Shown here: one piece after another, positions 8,344-15,830 of the stretch
How positions within the stretch are numbered: position 1 is the first letter of the stretch
Layout: each line of letters starts with the position of its first letter
DNA from: Patescibacteria group bacterium
Lineage (GTDB): Bacteria; Patescibacteriota; Minisyncoccia; UBA6257; GWB1-50-10
Reading direction: 5' to 3'
DNA: 32,092 nt
Assembly: GCA_038064955.1 (NCBI GenBank)
Contig: JBBTRY010000009.1
Coordinates: 1 to 32,092, forward strand
Made by a program: the position numbers and the translations under genes
The notes under the pieces: generated by a model
What the model saw: the letters and a program-made list of their open reading frames with translations, nothing else
Databases searched by the model: none
What the model was told of the DNA's origin: nothing

Positions 8344-8895
8344 TTAGGAACTGGCCGCGGCAGTCGCCTTCTTACCGGCCTTGCGACGGATGACTTCGCC
8401 CAAGTAATGGAAACCCTTGCCTTTGTAGGGCTCCGGTTTCTTGAGCGCCCGAATATCCGAAGCTACTTGGCCCACGAGCGCCCTGTCCGTTCCTTTGATT
8501 TTCAGAATAGTGTTCTTTTCGACTTCGAAAATGATGCCCTTGGGCGCCTCATATTTCACCGGATGCGAGAAACCCAGGTTCAGGGAAAGATTCTCCCCTT
8601 CTTTCATCATACGATAACCCACGCCGTCGAGAATAAGAGTCTTCTCAAATTCTTTCACGAGACCATTCACAGCATTCTGGACGAGCGCTCTCTGGGTGCC
8701 CCAATTGCTCCGATGCTGTTTTGTGGAATCCTTTATCGTGAACTTCAACTCGTCGGCTTCAAGATTCGAATCCACGCCCGAAAGCACCGGAACGACGAGT
8801 TCGCCTTTCTGGCTTTTTATCCTTATCTCTTTCCCCTCGATTGAGACCGTAATGCCGGCCGGTATTTTGATTGGTTGTTTTCCTATTTTAGACAT
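8344..8895 (-). CDS. rplF: 50S ribosomal protein L6
   Basis: 183 aa with an MSKIGKQPIKIP N-terminus and the GVGYR and KGKGF motifs. Position is after rpsH. Confidence 0.95.
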   Translation of the reverse strand: MSKIGKQPIKIPAGITVSIEGKEIRIKSQKGELVVPVLSGVDSNLEADELKFTIKDSTKQHRSNWGTQRALVQNAVNGLVKEFEKTLILDGVGYRMMKEGENLSLNLGFSHPVKYEAPKGIIFEVEKNTILKIKGTDRALVGQVASDIRALKKPEPYKGKGFHYLGEVIRRKAGKKATAAASS

Positions 8896-8957
8896 GTGCC
8901 GATTATGTACGAATTTTCGAGTCTACGGACGAAGAAAATTCGTCCACAGAAGCGAGC

Positions 8958-9064
8958 ATCCCGCACCTATGCGTAAAATCGCGACTTTTGATTTGAGTTG
9001 ATGATGTCATATTCGTTCCCTTGTTTTTGTTTTTTATATTTATCATACGCATTAGGTGCGGGAT
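8958..9064. repeat. C-rich palindromic element A (18/19-nt arms, 70-nt AT-rich spacer) in the rpsH/rplF gap
   Basis: ATCCCGCACCTATGCGTA (8958-8975) pairs with TACGCATTAGGTGCGGGAT (9046-9064), 18 bp with one bulged base. It is flanked by two further hairpins: 8909-8918/8934-8943 (ACGAATTTTC/GAAAATTCGT) and 9077-9086/9101-9110 (TGAAGAATTC/GAATTCTTCA). Confidence 0.7.
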
Positions 9065-9119
9065 AAGGTTTGATGCTGAAGAATTCTACGCCTTTGGCTT
9101 GAATTCTTCAATCAAGCCC

Positions 9120-9491
9120 TTACCAGATTTCGAATAAAAGCTGTCCGCCGACCTTCTCCCTTCTGGCCCGCTCGTCCGTCAGAATACCCTTGGGAGTCGT
9201 TAAAACCAGCATACCATAGCCGCCTTTCACTTTTTTGAGCTCGCGATAGCCGGCGTAGTTCCTCAAAGAGGGCTTGCTCCGGAATTTCAGGCCGCTGATT
9301 TTCTTCGCGCCGTCCAATTCTATCTCGAGATATTTCTTGTATGACTTGCCTTTGAGCTCGACGCTTTTCACGAAGCCGCGCTCGGAGAGCACGTCCGCCA
9401 CCGCTTTGTCGGCTTTGGTGGCCGTAACTTTAAGAATCGGCTTGCCGGCCGCCTGGGCATTTTTTATTTTTATGAGTAAATCTATGTACAT
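9120..9491 (-). CDS. rpsH: 30S ribosomal protein S8
   Basis: 123 aa. It has an IDLLIKIKNA N-terminus and the C-terminal GGQLLFEIW motif typical of S8. Confidence 0.95.
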   Translation of the reverse strand: MYIDLLIKIKNAQAAGKPILKVTATKADKAVADVLSERGFVKSVELKGKSYKKYLEIELDGAKKISGLKFRSKPSLRNYAGYRELKKVKGGYGMLVLTTPKGILTDERARREKVGGQLLFEIW

Positions 9492-9498
9492 ATTGTTT

Positions 9499-9684
9499 TT
9501 ACCAGCTGGCTTTTTTCACTCCCGGAATATGGCCTTTCGAAGCCATTTCGCGGAAACATATTCGACAAAGATTGAAATCGCGGATATAGCCCCTCTTGCG
9601 TCCACACCGGAAACAGCGCAAAACCTTCCGGGTGCTGAATTTCGGTTTCTTTTCGCTTCTTGCAATGACGGATTTTTTAGCCAT
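9499..9684 (-). CDS. rpsN: 30S ribosomal protein S14, zinc-binding short (type Z) form
   Basis: 61 aa with [20 protein letters not shown] (CxxC...CxxC). Position is between rplE and rpsH. Confidence 0.92.
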   Translation of the reverse strand: MAKKSVIARSEKKPKFSTRKVLRCFRCGRKRGYIRDFNLCRICFREMASKGHIPGVKKASW

Positions 9685-9688
9685 AAAT

Positions 9689-10180
9689 TTATTTTTTCAA
9701 TGGTAACCTGAGCCGGCGATACAAAGCAATCGCGGCTTCGCGGTTTTTCTTCCGGGGAACGATCGTAGCCTGGAGCCCGAAGCTGGTTTTGGATTTTTCC
9801 TGGTCGATCTCCGGGAAAACGTCGTGTTCCTTGAAGCCGATATTGAGATTGCCACTTTCGTCGATGTTGCTCAATTCCAATCCGCGGAAGTCCTTCACGC
9901 GGGGCAAAGCCAAATTCACGAGCCGCTCGAAAAAATCTTCCATCCGCTTTTGGCGAAGAGTGACTTTGAGCCCGATAATCTGATTTTCCCTGATTTTGAA
10001 GCCGGCAATGGATTTCTTGGCCGCGCGGGTCGAAGCCTTCTGGCCGGTGATGGCGGCGAATTCCTTTGCCACTTCCGGCAGGATTTTCTCTTCGAACTGC
10101 CCCTGCTGGCTCAACCGGCCGAGGCCCGCGTTTACCACGATTTTTTCGATTTCTTGCCTTAAAAGTTTTTCTTTTTCCAT
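9689..10180 (-). CDS. rplE: 50S ribosomal protein L5
   Basis: 163 aa. L5 core motifs are [31 protein letters not shown] and FPEID. The N-terminus is somewhat shorter than in E. coli L5. Confidence 0.94.
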   Translation of the reverse strand: MEKEKLLRQEIEKIVVNAGLGRLSQQGQFEEKILPEVAKEFAAITGQKASTRAAKKSIAGFKIRENQIIGLKVTLRQKRMEDFFERLVNLALPRVKDFRGLELSNIDESGNLNIGFKEHDVFPEIDQEKSKTSFGLQATIVPRKKNREAAIALYRRLRLPLKK

Positions 10181-10184
10181 GTTT

Positions 10185-10490
10185 TTATATTATCGCTTGG
10201 CACTTCCGGCAGAAGCGGACTTTGGTTTTATTATCCAAGCGATGGCCGACTCGCGTCGCTTTGTGACAGGAAGAGCAGACCAGCATCAGATTGGAAACAT
10301 TCATCGGGCGCGAAAGCTCAATCGTCTGGCCCTTTTCGCCCTGGCGCTTCGGTCGAACGTGCTTTTTGTATAAATTCAAGCCCTCCACGCTTACCCGGCC
10401 GGTTTTTTGGTCAGCCATAGTCACTTTACCGGATTTACCCCGATTCTTTCCGGCCAATATTTTCACCATGTCGCCTTTCTTGATATCCAT
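10185..10490 (-). CDS. rplX: 50S ribosomal protein L24
   Basis: 101 aa with a KOW motif (KKGDMVKILAGKNRGKSGKV). The C-terminal part contains CSSC...CRKC. Confidence 0.9.
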   Translation of the reverse strand: MDIKKGDMVKILAGKNRGKSGKVTMADQKTGRVSVEGLNLYKKHVRPKRQGEKGQTIELSRPMNVSNLMLVCSSCHKATRVGHRLDNKTKVRFCRKCQAII

Positions 10491-10494
10491 ATTT

Positions 10495-10866
10495 TTAAAC
10501 GAGTTCTTCGGCTAAGGACGCTATCGTGTCGTAGCCTCTTTCTTTTATCTCTCTCGGAATAGGGCCGAAGATGCGGGTCGCCTTCGGGTCTTTTTTGTCC
10601 TTGTCGATGATGACAACCGCGTTTTCGTCGAAGCGGACGTAGGTGCCATCCGCACGATGAATAGCTTTCCGCTGGCGCACCACGAGCGCGTGAATAATAT
10701 CCTTTTTCTTTATCGGTTTCCGGGGCTCGGCCACCTGGACCGAAGCGATAATAATATCCCCCACTTCGGCGTAGCGCCGGCGGCTTCCGCCGAGCACGCG
10801 AAAACACCGGACGATTTTGGCACCGCTGTTGTCTGCTACTTTTAGAATAGACCTTTCTTGTATCAT
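10495..10866 (-). CDS. rplN: 50S ribosomal protein L14
   Basis: 123 aa beginning MIQERSILKVADNSGAK, with RFDENAVVII. It is highly conserved. Confidence 0.97.
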   Translation of the reverse strand: MIQERSILKVADNSGAKIVRCFRVLGGSRRRYAEVGDIIIASVQVAEPRKPIKKKDIIHALVVRQRKAIHRADGTYVRFDENAVVIIDKDKKDPKATRIFGPIPREIKERGYDTIASLAEELV

Positions 10867-10867
10867 T

Positions 10868-11098
10868 TTATTTTATCTTTTCGATGATTTCCCATCGCTT
10901 GTCCTTCGACATCGGTCGGATTTCTTTGATGATTACTTCGTCGCCCAGCTTGTATTCGTTCTTTTCGTCGTGAGCTTTGAAACGCGTGGTCACGCTGTAG
11001 CGCTTGCCGTAGCGCGGATGAACGACCAGGCGGGTCACGGCCACGACCCTGGTTTTCTGCATCTTATCGGAAACGATTTTACCCTTGAGTTTACGCAT
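10868..11098 (-). CDS. rpsQ: 30S ribosomal protein S17
   Basis: 76 aa with [16 protein letters not shown]...HPRYGK...KAHDE...[14 protein letters not shown]. Confidence 0.93.
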   Translation of the reverse strand: MRKLKGKIVSDKMQKTRVVAVTRLVVHPRYGKRYSVTTRFKAHDEKNEYKLGDEVIIKEIRPMSKDKRWEIIEKIK

Positions 11099-11285
11099 GT
11101 TGTTTCAATAAAGTTAATATTTGAGCGATGTTTTTCTTCAAATGCCGAATCTCGCGAATATTCTTCACCTTACCTGCGGCCAGGTCAAAACTCAAGCCTT
11201 CCAGCTTTTCGCGCTGTTCCTGAATCTCTTTCCGGAGTTCCGCTTCCGGCTTTGTTTTGAAATTTTGAAGTTCTTTCTTTTTCAT
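11091..11285 (-). CDS. rpmC: 50S ribosomal protein L29
   Basis: 64 aa, helical. Position is between rplP and rpsQ, with an 8-nt overlap with rpsQ. It contains an L29-like segment ([27 protein letters not shown]). Confidence 0.85.
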   Translation of the reverse strand: MKKKELQNFKTKPEAELRKEIQEQREKLEGLSFDLAAGKVKNIREIRHLKKNIAQILTLLKQHA

Positions 11286-11289
11286 ATGT

Positions 11290-11706
11290 TTACGATTTTT
11301 CGATTACTTTGGTTTTAATCGGCAATTTGAAACCGGCACTCCGCAGAGCCTTCATCGCTTCGTCTCTCGGAATTCCGTCCACTTCGAAAAGAATTCTCCC
11401 GGGCTTGACCGGCACGACGTATCCCTCGATATTGCCTTTTCCGCCTCCCAAGGTCACCTCGGGCGGAAGCTTCGTAACCGGCTTATCGGGGAAAATCCTG
11501 ATCCAAATCTTGCCGCCGCGCTTCAGGGCGTGCGTAATCGTCTTTCTCGCGGCTTCAATCTGTTTGCCGTTCACCCAAGCCGCCGAGCGGGCCTGAAGGC
11601 CGAAACGGCCGAAACTCAAATAAAGCCCGCGGGTTTCGACCATTCTCTTCCGAGAACGGCCCTTCTGCTGTTTGCGATGTTTTTGTTTTTTGGGTTGAAG
11701 AAACAT
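11290..11706 (-). CDS. rplP: 50S ribosomal protein L16
   Basis: 138 aa beginning MFLQPKKQKHRKQQKGR, with QIEAARKTITH and GGGKGNIEGYV. Confidence 0.95.
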   Translation of the reverse strand: MFLQPKKQKHRKQQKGRSRKRMVETRGLYLSFGRFGLQARSAAWVNGKQIEAARKTITHALKRGGKIWIRIFPDKPVTKLPPEVTLGGGKGNIEGYVVPVKPGRILFEVDGIPRDEAMKALRSAGFKLPIKTKVIEKS

Positions 11707-11750
11707 ACCAATTTTATTTATGAGCGAAGCGAGTAATCATAAAATTGAGT

Positions 11751-11856
11751 ACCCCGCACATAAAATCAAACGAACGCCCTTTAACCATAAAACATAGGTA
11801 TTCTAAATTCATTTCATTTTTATATATAATTGATTTCATAAATTTATGTGCGGGGT
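11751..11856. repeat. C-rich palindromic element B (14-nt arms, 78-nt AT-rich spacer) in the rpsC/rplP gap
   Basis: ACCCCGCACATAAA (11751-11764) pairs perfectly with TTTATGTGCGGGGT (11843-11856). There is an additional hairpin TTTATGA/TCATAAA (11717-11723/11737-11743) and a small GTTTT/AAAAC hairpin at 11855-11867. Confidence 0.7.
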
Positions 11857-11873
11857 TTTCGAAAAACGAACAC

Positions 11874-12557
11874 TCACTTTTGTTCGTGTGGTTTTTCAGA
11901 AAAAATTTCGCCCTTATAGAGCCAAACCTTGATACCGATGGTGCCGTAAGTGTTGAAAGCCGTCGCTTCGCCGTAATCGATAAGTGAGCGGAGCGTTTGA
12001 AGAGGCATCTTGCCCTTCGCCAGCCAGTCCGTCCTCGCAATTTCGTTTCCGTCCAGGCGGCCGCTCATCCTGATCTTTCCGCCCTTCACTTCGTGGTTCT
12101 GCATCAATCCCTCGAGCGTCCGCTTCATTAAGCGGCGATAAGGCAAACGTTTTTCAAGATCGGTCGCGATTTGCTGGGCGATAATTGGAGCGGAAACTTC
12201 AAAGCGCTTCAGCTCTTCAATATTCAAGCTCAAATTGAAATTGGCCGGGAAGGCGTTCTTCGCCCGAAGCACCTGGATTTTTTTCACTATCAGATTCTTG
12301 AGGTCTTCGATTCCCTTTCCGCCGCGGCCGATTACGAGACCCGGCCGGCCGGCGCGCACGAGCACCCTGACGTTCGCTCCCGTCCGCTCGATTTCAACCG
12401 CGGCAATGCCGGCAGCGAGAATTTTGTCGCGGATAATCTTCCGGATGGTCTCGTCTTCCTCGAGAAGGAATTTGATACTTTTCTTGAAGAACCAGCGGCT
12501 GGACCAGGCCAGATTGATGCCTAAGCGATATGAATTCGGATTTATTTTTTGTGCCAT
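11874..12557 (-). CDS. rpsC: 30S ribosomal protein S3
   Basis: 227 aa beginning MAQKINPNSYRLG, with a KH domain (GLVIGRGGKGIEDL) and a C-terminal S3 domain. Confidence 0.96.
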   Translation of the reverse strand: MAQKINPNSYRLGINLAWSSRWFFKKSIKFLLEEDETIRKIIRDKILAAGIAAVEIERTGANVRVLVRAGRPGLVIGRGGKGIEDLKNLIVKKIQVLRAKNAFPANFNLSLNIEELKRFEVSAPIIAQQIATDLEKRLPYRRLMKRTLEGLMQNHEVKGGKIRMSGRLDGNEIARTDWLAKGKMPLQTLRSLIDYGEATAFNTYGTIGIKVWLYKGEIFSEKPHEQK

Positions 12558-12564
12558 ATGTTTA

Positions 12565-13098
12565 TTAGATTGATTTTCTCTGGAACATTTTCTTGAATAC
12601 TCCGGACTTGGCCGACGCCTTTACTTCCGATTTCACGGCAGGTTTTTCGGATGCGGGCTTATTCTCGGGATCCTCCGCTTTCTCGTGTTTGTGTTTCTTA
12701 GTTGCTTCGTCTTTCTTTTCTTTCTTTTTGATTTCAATCGTGAAACGCGGTGCCTTGCCGTTGGGCAAAATTCCCAGAATCAAAGTGACATGTGAAGTCT
12801 TTTTTTCGATTAAGCTCGCCGAACCGCGCGAGCGGGGCGTCCAGCGCTTGGACTTCGGCCCCTGGTCAACCCGGATTTCCTTGATGAAAAGTTTCGAAAC
12901 ATCAAGCTTGAAGTTGTTCTTGGCGTCGGCCGCGGCGGAACGCAGAAGTTTAATGAGCGCTTCTTTGGGGCGGCGGGGGCTCATCATTAATTTCGCCTCC
13001 GCTTCCTGGAGCGCCAAGCCCCGGATGACATCGGCCAAAATCCGCACCTTCCGCGGCGGTATCTTCAAATGATTCAGTTTGACTTTGACCTGTTCCAT
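12565..13098 (-). CDS. rplV: 50S ribosomal protein L22 with a Lys-rich C-terminal extension
   Basis: The L22 core spans residues 1 to about 112 (PRKVRILADVIRG...SHVTLILG). About 65 extra charged residues follow (KKKEKKDEATKKHKHEKAEDPENKP...). Confidence 0.9.
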   Translation of the reverse strand: MEQVKVKLNHLKIPPRKVRILADVIRGLALQEAEAKLMMSPRRPKEALIKLLRSAAADAKNNFKLDVSKLFIKEIRVDQGPKSKRWTPRSRGSASLIEKKTSHVTLILGILPNGKAPRFTIEIKKKEKKDEATKKHKHEKAEDPENKPASEKPAVKSEVKASAKSGVFKKMFQRKSI

Positions 13099-13102
13099 AT
13101 CT

Positions 13103-13417
13103 TTATTTCGCCGGAGCCGGCTTGGCCGTTTCCTCGGCTTTCTTTTCGGTTTCTTTTTGGATTTTGCCGCCGTGTTTCACGAACTTCCTGGTCGGCGAAA
13201 ATTCCCCGAGCCGGTGGCCCACCATATCCTCGCCCACCCTGACTTCGATGAAATTTTTGCCATTGTGGACGCCGAAAATGAACCCGACCATTTCAGGTGA
13301 AATCTCGGAACTGCGCGACCAGGTTTTAATGACCGTGCCATCGCCGGACTTGAGGCGCGCTATCTTTTTGACGAGCTTAGGATCCACCCAAGGCCCTTTT
13401 TTGGTTGAACGACTCAT
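13103..13417 (-). CDS. rpsS: 30S ribosomal protein S19
   Basis: 104 aa with [15 protein letters not shown] and [13 protein letters not shown]. It has a short basic C-terminal tail. Confidence 0.95.
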   Translation of the reverse strand: MSRSTKKGPWVDPKLVKKIARLKSGDGTVIKTWSRSSEISPEMVGFIFGVHNGKNFIEVRVGEDMVGHRLGEFSPTRKFVKHGGKIQKETEKKAEETAKPAPAK

Positions 13418-13418
13418 A

Positions 13419-14249
13419 TTATTTTTTGGCGCGTCGCTTGATTATCATTTTGTTTGACCATTTTTTCTTACTACGAGTCCTATGACCGCCTGTAATCTTA
13501 CCCCATTTCGTCTTGGGTTTCCTAGTACCTCTCGGCTGTTTGCCTTCGCCGCCACCATAAGGATGGTCGCGCGGATTCATAACGGAACCGCGAACGGTCG
13601 GACGGATATTCAACCAGCGGGAACGTCCCGCTTTGCCGATTGAAACCAAATTGTGTTCCGGATTCGAAACCTGGCCGATTGAGGCAAAGCTGTCCCAGGA
13701 CACCCGGCGAGTTTCGCCCGAAGGCATCTTGAGGTCGGTGTAGCCGTCTTCGTGGGCCAATATCTGGATGGAAGCGCCGGCGGAACGGCCGAGCTGGCCG
13801 CCTTTGCCCGGCATAATTTCTATATTATGGACGAAAACGCCGACCGGAATTCTTTTCAAAATGGTGCGATTGCCGAGCTCAAGCGGAGCGTCAAGCGAAG
13901 TGATGATTTTCGCTCCGACTTCCAACTTGTGCGGCGCGATGAGATAGCGGCGATCGCCGTCGGCATAGATAACTTTCACGATGAACGCCGTGCGGTAAGG
14001 ATCGTATTCGATGGTTTCCACCTTGCCCGGTACGCCTTTCTTTTCCTGGAGGAAGTCTACGTGGCGATAGATTATTTTATTACCGCCGCCCTGGTGACGC
14101 ATCGAAATGCGGCCCTGGTTATTCCGGCCGGCGTTTTTCTTCAACCGCTTCGTGAGCGCTTTTTCGCGCGGAATTTTCGTCAGCGTCGAATAATCGGCGA
14201 CGGTCATCGAACGACGGGAATGGGTATATGGATTGAACTTCTTTATCAT
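13419..14249 (-). CDS. rplB: 50S ribosomal protein L2
   Basis: 276 aa with [35 protein letters not shown] and [13 protein letters not shown]. Confidence 0.97.
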   Translation of the reverse strand: MIKKFNPYTHSRRSMTVADYSTLTKIPREKALTKRLKKNAGRNNQGRISMRHQGGGNKIIYRHVDFLQEKKGVPGKVETIEYDPYRTAFIVKVIYADGDRRYLIAPHKLEVGAKIITSLDAPLELGNRTILKRIPVGVFVHNIEIMPGKGGQLGRSAGASIQILAHEDGYTDLKMPSGETRRVSWDSFASIGQVSNPEHNLVSIGKAGRSRWLNIRPTVRGSVMNPRDHPYGGGEGKQPRGTRKPKTKWGKITGGHRTRSKKKWSNKMIIKRRAKK

Positions 14250-14256
14250 GGCTTTA

Positions 14257-14637
14257 TTATTGGATTTCTATCTTATCCCCCGCCTTGAGGGTAATAATCG
14301 CCTTTTTGATGCCCGTCTGAGTGCTCGATTTACGGCCGAAATGCTTGGTCTTTCCCTTGATAGTTACCGTATTCACACTCATTACCTTCACGCCGTAACG
14401 GCGTTCTATTTCTTCTCGCACGGCGGGCTTGGTTGCCGTCGGTTCCACGAGAAATACGTACTGGCCCCGGGTCGCGAGAACGGTCGCCCGTTCGCTGAAC
14501 CACGGCTGTTTCAAAACGGATTTGACGCCCATACCCGTTCCGATTTTCATCGGCACAACTTTCACCAGCTCGGCTTTGGGAGCCGATTGCACGATTTTCT
14601 TTTCTTCGATTCTGGTTTTTTTGGAAAAAAGATTCAT
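14257..14637 (-). CDS. rplW: 50S ribosomal protein L23 (N-terminally extended)
   Basis: 126 aa. The L23 core is YVFLVEPTATKPAVREEIERRYGVKVMSVNT...KKAIITLKAGDKIE. About 40 extra N-terminal residues are present if the annotated start is correct. Confidence 0.85.
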   Translation of the reverse strand: MNLFSKKTRIEEKKIVQSAPKAELVKVVPMKIGTGMGVKSVLKQPWFSERATVLATRGQYVFLVEPTATKPAVREEIERRYGVKVMSVNTVTIKGKTKHFGRKSSTQTGIKKAIITLKAGDKIEIQ

Positions 14638-14647
14638 AGGTTTGAAA

Positions 14648-15277
14648 TTATTTTTCGTACTGGCCGATGAATTCCAGAATGGCTTCCTTTTCGAAAAGGA
14701 TTTTTTTGTGATTCAGGGAATCGGCAACATTCATCGAATTGGAAGAGAGGACTTTGAATTTGGGAATGTTCCGGGCGGCCAGCTTCATATTCCGGTTATT
14801 CTTGGCCGGGATGATGATGACGCTCGGAGAAGCCTTGAAAAGTTTTTTGAAAATCGCCGCGGCGGTCTTAGTCTTGGGATTTTCGAGCTTCAAAGAATCG
14901 ATTATTTTGAAATCGTCTTCTTTCAGTTTCCGCGAAAGCAGGGAAAAAAGGGCGGCTTGCTTCATTTTTTTGCTGATTTTTTTGGTATAATCCCTGTCTT
15001 TCCGGGGGCCGAAAGTGACGCCGCCGCCGGACCACAAAGGCGAACGAATCGAGCTGTGCCGCGAGCGGCCGGTGTGTTTCTGGGCCCAAGGCTTCTTGCC
15101 TCCGCCGCGCACTTCGTTGCGGTTCTTAGTGTGCGCCCAGGGATGATGCTTATTCGAAGTCTGGATGTCGAAAGCCTGCTTCACGAGCTCGGCGTTCCAT
15201 TTCGCGCCGAAAATCCGCTCGGGCAGAGTGAGCGTATCCACTTTTTTATTATCTTTGTCGAAAATATCGGCTTTCAT
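14648..15277 (-). CDS. rplD: 50S ribosomal protein L4
   Basis: 209 aa with an L4 basic loop (RGGGKKPWAQKHTGRSRHSSIRSPLWSGGGVTFGP). Position is between rplC and rplW. Confidence 0.92.
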   Translation of the reverse strand: MKADIFDKDNKKVDTLTLPERIFGAKWNAELVKQAFDIQTSNKHHPWAHTKNRNEVRGGGKKPWAQKHTGRSRHSSIRSPLWSGGGVTFGPRKDRDYTKKISKKMKQAALFSLLSRKLKEDDFKIIDSLKLENPKTKTAAAIFKKLFKASPSVIIIPAKNNRNMKLAARNIPKFKVLSSNSMNVADSLNHKKILFEKEAILEFIGQYEK

Positions 15278-15281
15278 TTTC

Positions 15282-15704
15282 TTATTTTCTCAATTCAACC
15301 GTGCCGCCGGCGAAGCCGGGCACGGCGCCTTTTAAAAATACCACCATCCCTTCTTTTTCGATTCCCGCCACCGTAAGATTTCTGACGGTCATCTTCACGT
15401 TTCCCATATGGCCTCCCATCCGGCGGCCCTTAATGGTCCGCTGGGGAGCCGTCGGACCGTTGGAACCCGGAGCCCGAAGGCGGTCTTTTTGGCCATGGCT
15501 CTTCGGACCGCCGTGAAAACGGTAGCGCTTGACCACGCCCTGAAAACCCCGGCCTCTCGTCTTGCCAGTCACTTTGACCTTATCCCCTTCCTTCAATTCG
15601 TCGATTGGAGCGCCCGCGTTCAGGCGAACGGCCGTAACCGGAACCGATATTTCGGATTTCCAGAGCTGGGTCATTTTCATTTTTTTTCCGGTCAATTTCG
15701 TCAT
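15282..15704 (-). CDS. rplC: 50S ribosomal protein L3, unusually short (140 aa)
   Basis: The N-terminus GKKMKMTQLW, VTGKTRGRGFQGVVKRYRF, the PTC-directed loop (HGQKDRLRAPGSNGPTAPQRTIKGRRMGGHMG) and the C-terminus LKGAVPG are all present. The segment between the first strand and the VTG...GKGF motif is missing relative to typical L3. Confidence 0.85.
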   Translation of the reverse strand: MTKLTGKKMKMTQLWKSEISVPVTAVRLNAGAPIDELKEGDKVKVTGKTRGRGFQGVVKRYRFHGGPKSHGQKDRLRAPGSNGPTAPQRTIKGRRMGGHMGNVKMTVRNLTVAGIEKEGMVVFLKGAVPGFAGGTVELRK

Positions 15705-15729
15705 ATTTTTGCTTGATTTACTTTGGGCT

Positions 15730-15766
15730 CAAAAAAACGACCGAGACTTCGCCGGTCGTTTTTTTT
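15730..15766 (-). terminator. Canonical intrinsic-terminator hairpin between rpsJ and rplC (possible attenuator)
   Basis: The minus strand reads AAAAAAA-ACGACCG-gcgaagtct-CGGTCGT-TTTTTTT. The stems are 15737-15743 and 15753-15759, flanked by A7 and T7 tracts. The hairpin ends 25 nt before the rplC ATG. Confidence 0.55.
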
Positions 15767-15830
15767 GGCTACTTGTCTCGCAGGGAATATCCAAGTCGGA
15801 TTCTCCTGTCTTTTTGTATTTGAGCCTATA

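Noticed and set aside
7654-8844. 396-aa plus-strand ORF antisense to rpsE, rplR and rplF. Similar long antisense ORFs occur at 2358-3656, 14429-15376, 22732-23424, 25702-26472 and 27636-28532.
   Set aside because: Each lies entirely opposite a strongly conserved gene. Their R/G/F/L-rich, low-complexity translations have no recognisable motifs. They are the usual shadow ORFs of moderately GC-rich coding DNA.
8896-9119. Possibility that the rpsH/rplF gap hides a displaced small r-protein gene (L30 or L36) or a pseudogene.
   Set aside because: Translating the sense strand gives only MRMINIKNKNKGTNMTSSTQIKSRDFTHRCGMLASVDEFSSSV. This resembles neither L30 nor the Cys/His-rich L36, and no frame shows r-protein-like basic motifs.
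11714-12040. 108-aa minus-strand ORF running from inside rpsC through the rpsC/rplP spacer.
   Set aside because: Its first part overlaps the rpsC 3' end out of frame. The spacer part is AT-rich with no SD and no family resemblance. The palindrome explains the sequence better than a coding role does. A similar roughly 42-codon ORF in the rpsH/rplF gap shares only the residues dictated by the repeat arm, and in a different frame from element C.
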